Shown here in pieces: positions 8,559-17,976 of a stretch of 64,000 nt of DNA (positions are counted from its first letter, which is position 1; each line of letters begins with the position of its first letter). Made by a program: the position numbers and the translations under genes. Location: positions 646,174 through 710,173 of the forward strand of contig JAJTXV010000001.1 in assembly GCA_021463845.1 (NCBI GenBank), written 5' to 3'. This DNA is from Anaerolineales bacterium. Lineage in GTDB: Bacteria > Chloroflexota > Anaerolineae > Anaerolineales > UBA11579. The notes beneath the pieces were generated by a model that had not been told where the DNA came from, ran no database searches, and saw nothing but the letters and a program-made list of their open reading frames with translations.

Positions 8559-11500
8559 CTAGCGTGAGTAACGCTCGTCCACCTGGTCCAAGCGCAGGCT
8601 GATCACCTGGCTGGCGGTATCGCGACCCATGGTGATGCCGTAGATCACATCCGCCACCTGCACCGTGTTGCGGTTGTGCGTGATCACCACGAACTGCGTC
8701 TCCTGGCTCAATTCACGCAGCACCTCGGTAAAGCGGCCCACGTTGGCTTCATCGAGCATGGCGTCGACTTCATCCATCACACAGAACGGCGTGGGCGACG
8801 CTTTGAGCAGCGCGAACACCAGCGCCGCCGCGGTCAGACTGCGCTCGCCGCCGGAGAGCAGCGCCAGGCGCTGCGTGCGTTTGCCGGGCAGGCGCGCCTC
8901 AATGTCAATGCCGGTCTGGCCGCTCTCGGTGCCGGCCTCGGTCAGCAGCAGGCTGGCCGAACCGCCATTGAACAAACGGCCGAAGATCACCTTGAACTCC
9001 GCCGCCACCCGCTCAAAGGTGACATGGAATTCTTTCTCCATCATGACGTCCAGCTCAGAGATGACCTGCTTCAGGTCGGCCTCGGCAGAGCGCAGGTCGA
9101 TCACCTGGGCTTCCATGCTTTCGACGCGCTCTTTGATCTCCAGATACTCCTTCTGGGCTTCCGGGTTGACGGCGCCCAGGCGGCGGATCTGATTGCGTTG
9201 TTGTTTTAGGGTCTCTTCCAGTTCCGGCGCAAGCACTTCCACCACCGGAAGCATTTCGACCAGCTCGCCAAGAGGCAGCGGGGTCGGCCCTGAGACGATC
9301 TCGTCGTACTGAAAATTCACCAGCCCGAAGTCATCCTCAATGCGCCCACGCAAGGTCTCCAGCGCTTCCTGCTGGCGGGCCAGCAGGATCTGCGCCTGGG
9401 TATGGTTGCGCTCGGCCGCGCTCAGGGCTTGCAGCGTGGCAGTTTCGTTCTTCTGTGCCTCCAGCTGGGCTGCGTCTGCAGCGGCCAGCTCCGTCTCAGT
9501 CGGCTCGATCTGCACCTGCAGACTTTCGATCTCTACGCCTACTACGCCTTCCTGCTGGCTCAGCTGCTGCTTCTCGACACCGATCGCTTGCACCTGAGCC
9601 TCAAGCTCCTGTACACGCTCCTGGTGCGAGCTCAGCTGGCCCTCAGCACGTTGCAGCTGCTGCAAACGCTCGGCCACGCGGCGCTGGGCCTCCTGCTGGG
9701 CGCGCTGGGCGACCGCCAGGCGCATCTCCCAGTGAGCCACCTGGGCGTGCAACTCCTCGGCGGGTTCTTCCACCGCGATCGCCATCTCGCTCTCGAACTC
9801 AGCTTCGGCGGCGGCCATCTGAGTGGCTAGTTCGGTTTGCTTGGCGCTCAGCGTGGCGACCGACTCTTCGCCGGCGGCCTGCTCGGTTTGCAGGGTGCGC
9901 TGCTGGGTCACGAACCAATCCAGCTGGCGTTGCAATTGGCCGGCTTCCATCTCCTGGCCTTGTACCTCGCGCCGCGCCGCCTCCACCGCTGCCTGAGCCT
10001 GCTCTACGTCACGTACGGCGGCCTGGCGGGCCAACTCGCTTTGGTCAGCGCGCTCAGTTAGTTTGGCAAGTTCAGTTTCCAACGCGGCCAGATCGGCCGC
10101 GGCTTGTTCAAGTTCAACGCGCAGCTCGCGCTCCTGGCGCGGCCGGGCCAGCGCTGCAGCCGCCTTGGCGGCCCGCACCTCAATGGTGCCGGTGCGGTGG
10201 AAGACTTCGCCGCGCAGGGTAACCACCTGGCTGGCATCCGCATGCTCGGCCAGCAGGCGGCGGGCGGCCGGGCGGCTCTCAGCCACCAATACGCGGCCAA
10301 GCAATAGTTCCACCGCCGAGCGCAGTTCAGGCTCAGCCTCCACCAGATCAGCCGCCACGCCCACCAGGCCATTGCCCGGCTGGGCGTTCAGCCGCCCGGC
10401 GGACTTTAGACCGCCCAGCGGCAGCAAGGCCGCCGAGGCCTCACCGCTTTCCAGCAGGCCCAGGGCGGCTTCCGGGTCATCAACGATGACGCCATCCGCA
10501 TAGGCGCCCAGGGCGGCCGCGATGGCCGCCTCGTACTGTGTGGCTACACGCAATTCACGCCCTAAGGTACCTTTGCCGAGCTGCAGGCCTTTCTCTTTGG
10601 CGGCCTGCAGCAGCAGCTTGGCGCCTTCGGCAAATCCCGCCGCATTGGCTTCTTCCAACGCGCTGATCTCTGCCGCCAAACGCGCCTGGCGGCCCTGCAG
10701 CTGGCTGCGGCCGGCTTCCTGCTGCTTGACCTGCTCCTGCAGCCGGGTCACTTCGGCCGCCGCCTGCTCCAGGGCGCGCTGTTGCTCGCTCAGGCGGCTT
10801 TCTGCCTCTACTACCTTAGCGCGCAGCTGCTCGGTGGCCTGGTTCTGCTCAGCAATGTCGCCCTGCCCCTTGGCGATCGTGCCCGCCAGCTCGGCCAGTT
10901 CGGTTTGCTTGCGGTCCAGGCTGGCGATCAGCATTTCACGCTGGGCGCGGGAGTTGGCCAGTTGGGCCTGCAGCTCCACTACGCGCTCACGGGCGGCCCG
11001 GGTTTTGGCTTCCTTCTCGTGCTGGGCGCCCTGCTTGCTTTGCAGTTCAGCCCGTGCTTCATCCAGCTTCTTTTGGGCTTCAGCGCCTTCTTCCTCATAG
11101 CGGGCAGCGTCGTGCTCGGCTTCCTTGAGGCGCGCCTGCAAGCCAGCCAGCTCGCCTTCGACGCGCTGGCGCTCTTCTTCCAGCGCCTTGCGGCGCTCGC
11201 CCAGGGCGCGCTCGCGTTCATCCGCCACTGCCAGGTCACGGCTGGCGCCTTGCCGGCCGGAATGCAATTCGGCCAGCTTGCGATGCCATTCGTTCAGCAG
11301 GACACGCAGCTCCTGGGTCTTGCTGCGCAGCTTGTTCACTTCTTCACTGTGCTGCGCTTGCTTCTGGCGCGCTTGCGCCAGATTCTGTTCATGCAGATCA
11401 GCATCCTGGCGCAGCTGGCGCATCTCGACCTGCGAGCGGTTCCAGTGATAGCCGTACCACTCGCGCAGGGTGTCCCGCAAGCTGGCCCGCAGCGTCGAGA

Positions 11501-12152
11501 ATTCCTCAGCCCGCTCGGCCTGGCGCTGCAGGCTGCGCAAGCGCGGCTTGAGCTCAGCCAGGATGTCTTCGACCCGCTCCAGATTGCGCATGGTGGTATC
11601 CAGGCGGCGCAAGGATTGATCCTTGCGGTCACGGTAGAGACCAATGCCGGCTGCTTCTTCAAACAGGCGGCGGCGCTCGTCTGACTTCAGGGTCAGGGCC
11701 GCATCCACCAGGCCCTGGCCAATGACGGTATAGGTGCGCTCAGACAAGCCGGAGGCAGCCAGCAGTTCGCTGACGTCCTTGAGGCGCACCTTTTGATTAT
11801 TGATCAGATACTCGTTCTGGCCGTCACGGTAGGCGCGGCGGGTGACTGCCACTTCGGCAAAATCCACCGGCAGCCAGCCTTCGCTGTTGTCAAAGGTGAT
11901 CGTGACGCTGGCCATGCCGGATCGCGGGCGCGATTCAGAGCCGGCGAAGATCATGTCTTCGGTTTTGCGGCCGCGCAGCAGGGCATAGGACTGCTCGCCC
12001 AGCACCCAACGCAGCGAGTCGGCAATGTTGGATTTGCCCGAGCCGTTCGGCCCTACGACAGCCGTGATCGGCGCGCCAAACTCAAAGTTCTGCGCCGTGG
12101 CGAAGGTCTTGTAGCCATTTAGTTCAAGGGACTTTAGTCGTAATGTTTTCAC
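8559..12152 (-). CDS. smc: Chromosome segregation protein SMC
   Basis: 1197 aa. It has a Walker A motif (GPNGSGKSN), long coiled coils, a central hinge, and a C-terminal signature LSGGE plus Walker B (FCVMDEVDAMLDE). Confidence 0.97.
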   Translation of the reverse strand: MKTLRLKSLELNGYKTFATAQNFEFGAPITAVVGPNGSGKSNIADSLRWVLGEQSYALLRGRKTEDMIFAGSESRPRSGMASVTITFDNSEGWLPVDFAEVAVTRRAYRDGQNEYLINNQKVRLKDVSELLAASGLSERTYTVIGQGLVDAALTLKSDERRRLFEEAAGIGLYRDRKDQSLRRLDTTMRNLERVEDILAELKPRLRSLQRQAERAEEFSTLRASLRDTLREWYGYHWNRSQVEMRQLRQDADLHEQNLAQARQKQAQHSEEVNKLRSKTQELRVLLNEWHRKLAELHSGRQGASRDLAVADERERALGERRKALEEERQRVEGELAGLQARLKEAEHDAARYEEEGAEAQKKLDEARAELQSKQGAQHEKEAKTRAARERVVELQAQLANSRAQREMLIASLDRKQTELAELAGTIAKGQGDIAEQNQATEQLRAKVVEAESRLSEQQRALEQAAAEVTRLQEQVKQQEAGRSQLQGRQARLAAEISALEEANAAGFAEGAKLLLQAAKEKGLQLGKGTLGRELRVATQYEAAIAAALGAYADGVIVDDPEAALGLLESGEASAALLPLGGLKSAGRLNAQPGNGLVGVAADLVEAEPELRSAVELLLGRVLVAESRPAARRLLAEHADASQVVTLRGEVFHRTGTIEVRAAKAAAALARPRQERELRVELEQAAADLAALETELAKLTERADQSELARQAAVRDVEQAQAAVEAARREVQGQEMEAGQLQRQLDWFVTQQRTLQTEQAAGEESVATLSAKQTELATQMAAAEAEFESEMAIAVEEPAEELHAQVAHWEMRLAVAQRAQQEAQRRVAERLQQLQRAEGQLSSHQERVQELEAQVQAIGVEKQQLSQQEGVVGVEIESLQVQIEPTETELAAADAAQLEAQKNETATLQALSAAERNHTQAQILLARQQEALETLRGRIEDDFGLVNFQYDEIVSGPTPLPLGELVEMLPVVEVLAPELEETLKQQRNQIRRLGAVNPEAQKEYLEIKERVESMEAQVIDLRSAEADLKQVISELDVMMEKEFHVTFERVAAEFKVIFGRLFNGGSASLLLTEAGTESGQTGIDIEARLPGKRTQRLALLSGGERSLTAAALVFALLKASPTPFCVMDEVDAMLDEANVGRFTEVLRELSQETQFVVITHNRNTVQVADVIYGITMGRDTASQVISLRLDQVDERYSR

Positions 12153-12157
12153 TCGTG

Positions 12158-12889
12158 TTAGCGACCCATTTCTTCTTTTTCAAGCAAACTTAGCGCTTCG
12201 CGGGCAGCCGCTTTGCTGGCCGACTGCTTGCTCTGCCCTTCCCCGCGGGCAATGCCGCGGCCCTGCACCTGCACTTCCACCACGAAAGTCTTGCTGTGGT
12301 CCGGGCCGCTCTCCGCCACGATCTTATAGTGCGGCGCGCCCTGCCCGCGGGCCTGCGCCCACTCCTGCAGCAGGCTCTTGGGGTCACGGTCACTTTCGCT
12401 GTCCATGATGCGCTTGACCGCATCCGGCAGCAGCCGCGCCAGGAACTGGTCGACCGCCGGGATGCCCCCGTCCAGGTACAGCGCGCCGATCAGGGCCTCG
12501 AAAGCATTGCAAAGCATCGAGGTGCGCGTGCGGCCGCCGCCTTCCTCCTCGCCGTGGCCCATGCGCAGAGCCCGGTCGATGCGGATCTGGCGGCCAAACT
12601 CCCCCAGGCGCTCCGTACTCACCAGGCTGGCGCGCAGGCGGGTCATCTCGCCTTCGTTCATTTCTGGGAAATGCTGGTAGAGCCAGGCGCCCACGACAAA
12701 ATCCAGCACCGCATCCCCGAGGAACTCCAGGCGCTCGTTGTCTTCCAGCGCCTGGGGGTTCTCGTTAAGGTACGAGCGGTGCGTGAGGGCGCGCAGCAAC
12801 AAGCGAGAGTCTTTGATAGGCAACGCCAGGCGCGCGGCAAAACTTTGGGGGTCTTCCCGTTCTTGTGTTAGCTCAGGGTCATTGTGCAT
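12158..12889 (-). CDS. rnc: Ribonuclease III
   Basis: Signature ALTHRSY..E......NERLEFLGDAVL plus a C-terminal dsRBD. The start is set at MHNDPEL (ATG 12889); the ORF-track start at 12931 is also possible. Confidence 0.93.
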   Translation of the reverse strand: MHNDPELTQEREDPQSFAARLALPIKDSRLLLRALTHRSYLNENPQALEDNERLEFLGDAVLDFVVGAWLYQHFPEMNEGEMTRLRASLVSTERLGEFGRQIRIDRALRMGHGEEEGGGRTRTSMLCNAFEALIGALYLDGGIPAVDQFLARLLPDAVKRIMDSESDRDPKSLLQEWAQARGQGAPHYKIVAESGPDHSKTFVVEVQVQGRGIARGEGQSKQSASKAAAREALSLLEKEEMGR

Positions 12890-12982
12890 ACCCAGGCAAC
12901 TCCTTCCGGGAACTGAAGGAACGCTAGCCACCCCACAACAAGATGTGGGTGGCTGGCGACCCGCTAGTTCCAGAAGGCTATT

Positions 12983-14215
12983 TTATTCGTATTTTCGCAA
13001 AACGAGGACGGCATTGTGGCCGCCGAAGCCAAACGCGTTGCTGATGGCTACGTTGATCTTGGATTCGCGCGCCTTGTTGGGAATGTAGTCCAGATCACAA
13101 TCCGGGTCCGGCTCTTCGTAGTTGATGGTGGGCGGCAGAATTCCGTCACGGATCGCCAGGGCGCAGAACATGGCTTCTAGCGCGCCGGTGGCGCCCATCA
13201 TGTGGCCGGTCATGGACTTGGTGGATGAGATGGGGATGTTGTAAGCCTGCTGGCCGAAGGCGGCTTTGATGGCGGCGGTTTCCGACGCGTCGTTGAGCGG
13301 AGTGCCCGTGCCGTGGGCGCTGATGTAACCGACTTCGTCGGGGTTGACGCCGGCCGAGGCCAGGGCTTGCCTGATGGCCTGGGCACCGCCCGCCCCCGTC
13401 TCCGACGGAGCGGTGATGTGGCTGGCGTCCGCCGAGGAGGCATAGCCCGCCAGCTCAGCAATGATGTTGGCGCCGCGCTTCTTGGCGTGGCTTTCACTTT
13501 CGAGCATGAAGACGGCGGAGCCCTCGCCCATCAGGAAGCCGTCGCGGTTCTTATCGAAGGGGCGCGGGGTGGCCTCGCCCAGGGGTTTGCGCGACATGGC
13601 CTGCATGCGGTCAAAGGCAGCTACCGCTACTTTGGTGATGGTAGCTTCGGCCGCGCCGGCAAATGCGGCGTCGATGACACCGGCACGGATCAGCGTCCAA
13701 GCCAGGCCGATGCCGTCCTGGCCAGAGGCGCAGGCTGAGGCCACAGAAAGCGCCGGGCCTTTTGCGCCGTGGTCAATGCTGGTCAGACCCGCCGAGCCAT
13801 TCGGCATCATCATGGGGATGAGGAAGGGGCTGGCACGCCGTGGGCTGTCGGTATGCACATCCACGATGCCGATCTCCATGGCGGTGAGACCGCCGATGGC
13901 GGCCGAGATGATGCTGCCGACGCGGGCGGCATTGGCCTCGTTGATCTCAAGGCCGGAGTGCTTGATGGCCTGCGCCGAGGCCGCCGTGCCGAACAGCTGG
14001 TAGCGATCACGGCGGCGCGCCTCGCGGGCGTCAATATATTCGGTGATGTCAAAATTCTTGACTTCGCAGGCGATCTTGACCAGGAAGTTCTCAGGATCAA
14101 AGCAGGTAATGGGACCAATCCCGGAAACACCCTTGGTGGCGTTCTCCCAGGTTTGCTCCACAGAATTCCCAAGCGGGTTAACGGTCCCCATGCCGGTGAT
14201 GACAACTTTTTCCAT
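12983..14215 (-). CDS. fabF: Beta-ketoacyl-ACP synthase II
   Basis: 410 aa. VVITGMG..TP.G, the active-site ACASG, HGTGT, and the C-terminal NSFGFGGHNA-like NAFGFGGHNAVLV. Confidence 0.95.
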   Translation of the reverse strand: MEKVVITGMGTVNPLGNSVEQTWENATKGVSGIGPITCFDPENFLVKIACEVKNFDITEYIDAREARRRDRYQLFGTAASAQAIKHSGLEINEANAARVGSIISAAIGGLTAMEIGIVDVHTDSPRRASPFLIPMMMPNGSAGLTSIDHGAKGPALSVASACASGQDGIGLAWTLIRAGVIDAAFAGAAEATITKVAVAAFDRMQAMSRKPLGEATPRPFDKNRDGFLMGEGSAVFMLESESHAKKRGANIIAELAGYASSADASHITAPSETGAGGAQAIRQALASAGVNPDEVGYISAHGTGTPLNDASETAAIKAAFGQQAYNIPISSTKSMTGHMMGATGALEAMFCALAIRDGILPPTINYEEPDPDCDLDYIPNKARESKINVAISNAFGFGGHNAVLVLRKYE

Positions 14216-14236
14216 GCTAGACCTCTGTTTCCTTTT

Positions 14237-15340
14237 CTAAAGCGACTTTAGCCCGGACCCGGTAAGAATGAGTGCAACCGGCTCAGGCAGCTGGCTGGCG
14301 AAATCAGGCTGGTTGGATAACTGCCCCAGGCCTGCCCAGACAATGGCAGATGTTGGCTCTACAAATAACCCTGCACGAGCCAGTGCGTCGCGGGCTGGCA
14401 CTATCTCCTCCTCATCCACGGCTACGAAGCGACCGCCGGTGGCCTCCACGGCCCGCAGCAGCTCATCACCGCGCACCGGCTGGCGCACCCGCACGCCCTC
14501 GGCCAAGGTCTGGCCTTCGGTCACCCAGGCCAGGCCGGCCGGGCCTTGGGTGGTGAGCGCCCACATCGGCGCACAGGCACGCGCCTGCACGCCGATCAAA
14601 ACCGGCAAGCGCTCAATGCGCCCGGCAGCCTTGAGCGCCTCGAAACCCAGAGCGATCCCCAGCAGCAAGCTGCCGTGGCCAACAGGTGCGATGACGCTGC
14701 CCGGCGCCCGGTTGCCCAGCTGCTCATAGAGCTCAAACGCGATGGTGGCGATGCCTGGCAGCCCGAAGGGCATGTAGGCGTGGCTGGCGTAGACCGCGCC
14801 GCCCTCGGCGGCGCGCAGCACCGCGTTGGCGGCCTCCGAGCGCGGCCCGAGGATGCTGACCAGCTCGGCGCCATAGGCTTCGATCTGGGCGCGCTTCGGG
14901 CCGGAGGCATAGTCGGGAACGAAGACGCGCGCTTTCACGCCCGCCCGGGCCGCATAGGCTGCGAAGGAGGCCCCCGCGTTGCCGGAAGAATCTTCCAGCG
15001 CTTCACCAACGCCGCGCCCTTTTAGGAAACTCAGTAGCGGCGCGCTGCCGCGATCTTTGTATGAACTGGTCGGGTTGAGATATTCCAGCTTGAAAGCTAA
15101 GCGCTTGCCAAAAGCGGCGCCTTCGACCAACGGCGTGTTGCCCTCCCCCAGGGTGATGGCTTCGGCATTTTCCGGCAGGCCAAAGCTAGCGCGGTAACGC
15201 CACAGGCCGCTGTGCATCTCATCTGGCGCGTAGGCCAAGCCCCCACTTAGGCTGAAGACACCGCCGCAATGCGGGCAGCGGAACGGCGCTCCGCTGTCAG
15301 GATACGGGCGGCGGCAGTTGGTGCAGGCGTAGGCAGTCAT
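14237..15340 (-). CDS. Threonine synthase-like PLP-dependent enzyme with N-terminal zinc ribbon
   Basis: 367 aa. The N-terminus has C..C...17...C..C (CTNCRRPY...CPHCGG). The PLP-lysine motif is NPTSSYKDRG, followed by SSGNAGAS. The ATG overlaps the moaD-moaE stop (ATGA). Confidence 0.75.
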   Translation of the reverse strand: MTAYACTNCRRPYPDSGAPFRCPHCGGVFSLSGGLAYAPDEMHSGLWRYRASFGLPENAEAITLGEGNTPLVEGAAFGKRLAFKLEYLNPTSSYKDRGSAPLLSFLKGRGVGEALEDSSGNAGASFAAYAARAGVKARVFVPDYASGPKRAQIEAYGAELVSILGPRSEAANAVLRAAEGGAVYASHAYMPFGLPGIATIAFELYEQLGNRAPGSVIAPVGHGSLLLGIALGFEALKAAGRIERLPVLIGVQARACAPMWALTTQGPAGLAWVTEGQTLAEGVRVRQPVRGDELLRAVEATGGRFVAVDEEEIVPARDALARAGLFVEPTSAIVWAGLGQLSNQPDFASQLPEPVALILTGSGLKSL

Positions 15341-16053
15341 CGCGAGTCTTTGTCAGTCTGGGTGGGCAGGTATTCGCCTTCCACCCATTCTTCGCCATGG
15401 GGGCCGATCTCTTTCTTCCAGATCGGCACGATCTCTTTGAGGCGGTCAATGCCGTAGCGGGCCGCCTCGAACACGCCGCTGTCGCGGTGGCCCGCCGTGC
15501 AGGCGATCAGCACGGTGGGCGTGCCGGGCAGCAGCCTGCCAATGCGCTGGGCAATAGCGATGCCCTCCACCTGCGGCCAGCGCTGGCGGATCTCATCGGC
15601 GACCTGCTGCATCTTTGCTTCGGCCATCGGCACATAGGCCTCGTAGACCAGTTGCTGCGTGGCACGCGGCTCGCTGCGGCCAGTGACGGCGCGCACCATA
15701 CCGCTGAAGAAGCAGGCCGCGCCGGTGCTGGGCAGCGTGATGCTGGCCAGCATGGCGTTGAGGTCGAGCGTGTCTTCGGTGACGGTGAAGTGTGTGGGCC
15801 AGCCAGAGCCGCCGCTTACCGGCGGAAACAGAGCGATCTCGGCGCCCGGCGGCACTGGGTCAGCGTCGAAGGCGTATTCCTTGTTGACCGCCACCAGCAC
15901 CGCGCCGGCATAGGCAGCCAGCTGCGGAAACTTGGCGAACAGCGCCTGCTTGAAGGTGGCGATGTTGGCGCTGACCGGCAACTCAAGCTGGGTCTGCGGT
16001 ACGCCGGCTTTGTCCCGCAAGGTGGCGAAGAACAGCACAGTTACCGTGTTCAC
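15337..16053 (-). CDS. Fused molybdopterin synthase: MoaD (sulfur carrier) - MoaE (catalytic subunit)
   Basis: 238 aa. The N-terminal ~82 aa are MoaD-like and end in the internal PPVSGG. The rest is MoaE-like (GA...F.G.VR....G........YEAY..MA...M..I). The GTG start overlaps the upstream small-ORF stop (GTGA). Confidence 0.85.
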   Translation of the reverse strand: MNTVTVLFFATLRDKAGVPQTQLELPVSANIATFKQALFAKFPQLAAYAGAVLVAVNKEYAFDADPVPPGAEIALFPPVSGGSGWPTHFTVTEDTLDLNAMLASITLPSTGAACFFSGMVRAVTGRSEPRATQQLVYEAYVPMAEAKMQQVADEIRQRWPQVEGIAIAQRIGRLLPGTPTVLIACTAGHRDSGVFEAARYGIDRLKEIVPIWKKEIGPHGEEWVEGEYLPTQTDKDSR

Positions 16054-16244
16054 TTGGCCGTCTTCCGGCTGCGCGTGGCAGTCTTCTTGGTACGCGGCTT
16101 GGTTTTGGGTTTAGCTTTGCGGGCCGCGTCGGCTTTCTTTTTCTGCACTTCCTGCAAGGTGAACACGCTGCGCCCGCTCACTTGCATGCCGTACTTCTTC
16201 TTGCGCTGCTTTTCCTCGCGGCGGGTCCATTTGGCTTCCGCCAT
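16050..16244 (-). CDS. Small highly basic protein (Lys/Arg-rich), function unknown
   Basis: 64 aa. It is wedged between moaC (TAG immediately followed by its ATG) and moaD-moaE (4-nt overlap). The tight coupling argues that it is translated. No recognisable domain. Confidence 0.5.
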   Translation of the reverse strand: MAEAKWTRREEKQRKKKYGMQVSGRSVFTLQEVQKKKADAARKAKPKTKPRTKKTATRSRKTAK

Positions 16245-16724
16245 CTAGCCCGCCTCGGTGTAGTCGCCGCCCGCGCCACCCGTCTTGCTGACCAGGCGGA
16301 TGTTTTCGATACGCATGCTCTTCTCTGCGGCCTTGGCCATGTCGTACATGGTCAGGGCCGCCACCGAGACCGCGGTGAGCGCTTCCATCTCCACGCCGGT
16401 CTTGCCGCTGGTGCGGGCCGTGGCGCGGATGCGGATGCCGGGCAGGGCATCATCGAGCTCAAACTCGAGCGCGATGTGCTCCAGCGGCAACGGATGGCAG
16501 AAGGGGATCAACTCGGCGGTGCGTTTGGCAGCCTGGATGCCTGCCACCTGTGCCACGGTGAGCACATCCCCTTTTTTGAGCTGGCCGGCGCGCACCAAGG
16601 CCAACGTCTCCGGCAGCATGCGCACCTGGCCCGCCGCCACGGCGGTGCGCTGGGTCACATCCTTGCCGCCCACGTCCACCATGCGGGCGTTGCCACTCTG
16701 ATCCACGTGCGAAAGCTTAGCCAT
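16245..16724 (-). CDS. moaC: Cyclic pyranopterin monophosphate synthase MoaC
   Basis: [24 protein letters not shown]...V...........[21 protein letters not shown] is canonical MoaC. The start is set at MAKLSH; the ORF-track start at 16754 adds 10 aa. Confidence 0.92.
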   Translation of the reverse strand: MAKLSHVDQSGNARMVDVGGKDVTQRTAVAAGQVRMLPETLALVRAGQLKKGDVLTVAQVAGIQAAKRTAELIPFCHPLPLEHIALEFELDDALPGIRIRATARTSGKTGVEMEALTAVSVAALTMYDMAKAAEKSMRIENIRLVSKTGGAGGDYTEAG

Positions 16725-16807
16725 GGCGACATTATAGCTTTCAGCGCTCAGCAAAAAGACGGCTGGCTGAACGCTGAAAGCTGATGCCTAATCGCTATAA
16801 TAGGCTC

Positions 16808-17897
16808 ATGCAAGACATCGCCGACCGCCTTACGCAAGCCCAAGATCGGATCCAATCTCTCCTGGAGCGTCTTTGACCTGCCCCAAAAAGAAGCCGAACT
16901 AGCCAGCCTTGAGCAGCAAGCCGCTGCCCCAGACCTGTGGGACAACCCCAGCCAAGCCCAACAACTGATGAAGGGTGTCTCGGCCCTGCGCGAGCAGGTG
17001 GAGAGCTGGCGCAAGCTGGAGCAGCGCATCAGCGAGAGCCGCGAGCTGGCCGAGCTGGGCGACGAGAGCCTGCGGGCCGAACTGGAAACCGAAGCCGAAG
17101 CGGTGGAGCGCGAGGTGGACCAGCGCGAACTGCGCACCCTGCTCTCCGGCCAGCATGACGGCGGCAACGCCCTGCTGAGCATCAATGCCGGCGCAGGCGG
17201 CACCGACTCGCAGGATTGGGCCGCCATGCTGCAGCGCATGTACCTGCGCTGGGCGGAAGAAGAGGGCTACAAGACCGAGATCATCGACTCGACCGCGGGC
17301 GAGGAAGCTGGCATCAAAAGCGTCACCATCGAAGTGAGCGGCCCATACGCCTATGGCTACCTGCGCCCCGAGAAGGGCGTGCACCGCCTGGTGCGCCTGT
17401 CGCCGTTTGACTCGGCTCGGCGCCGCCACACCTCGTTTGCCCAGGTGGAAGTGCTGCCCCAGGTGGAAGATGTGGACCTCGACATCAACCCAAACGATCT
17501 CCGCATCGATACCTTCCGCTCTGGCGGCGCGGGCGGCCAGAACGTGCAAAAGAACGACACCGCCGTGCGCATCACCCACATCCCCACTGGCATTGTGGCC
17601 AGCTGCCAGAACGAACGCTCGCAGGCCCAGAACCGCGAGAACGCCATGCGAGTGCTGAAAGCGCGCCTGCTGGAAGTGCTGGAGGCCGAGCAGGCCAAGG
17701 AGCTGGCCCAGCTGCGCGGCGAGTACCAGAAGGCGGAATGGGGCAGCCAGATCCGCTCGTATGTGCTGCACCCCTACCAGCTGGTCAAGGACCACCGCAC
17801 CGAGTACGAAGAGGGCAACAGCCAGGCTGTGCTGGATGGCCGGCTGAATGGGTTTATCGAGGCGTATTTGAGAAGTCAGGTGGGTGAGAAGAAGTAA
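16808..17897 (+). CDS. prfB: Peptide chain release factor 2, requiring a programmed +1 frameshift (join 16808..16873, 16875..17897)
   Basis: A short frame MQDIADRLTQAQDRIQSLLERL ends at CTT TGA C (16871-16877). The +1 frame continues DLPQKEAELASLEQQ... into the ORF-track ORF 16968-17897, which carries the SPF and GGQ motifs (RLSPFDS, FRSGGAGGQNVQK). Confidence 0.93.
16864..16877 (+). other. RF2 recoding site: SD-like GGAG, 3-nt spacer, CUU UGA C
   Basis: GGAGCGTCTTTGAC has the same architecture as the classical autoregulatory prfB frameshift site. Confidence 0.9.
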
Positions 17898-17903
17898 CTA
17901 CTA

Positions 17904-17958
17904 GAGATTCGGGAGTGGAGATTCGTGATGAAAGCGTGAATCTCCAATCTCAAATCTC
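17904..17958. repeat. GGAGATTC / GAATCTCC hairpin repeat (family shared with 58830-58877)
   Basis: TGGAGATTC (17916-17924) pairs with GAATCTCCA (17938-17946). The motif GAATCTCCAATCTC is shared with the element after the aldolase gene. Confidence 0.65.
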
Positions 17959-17976
17959 TGTTTTCAATAGGATCTA

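Noticed and set aside
16725-16754. Longer MoaC start ([10 protein letters not shown]...)
   Set aside because: MoaC homology starts at MAKLSHVD, and the extension would leave only 53 nt for the divergent prfB promoter. It is kept as an alternative, not annotated.
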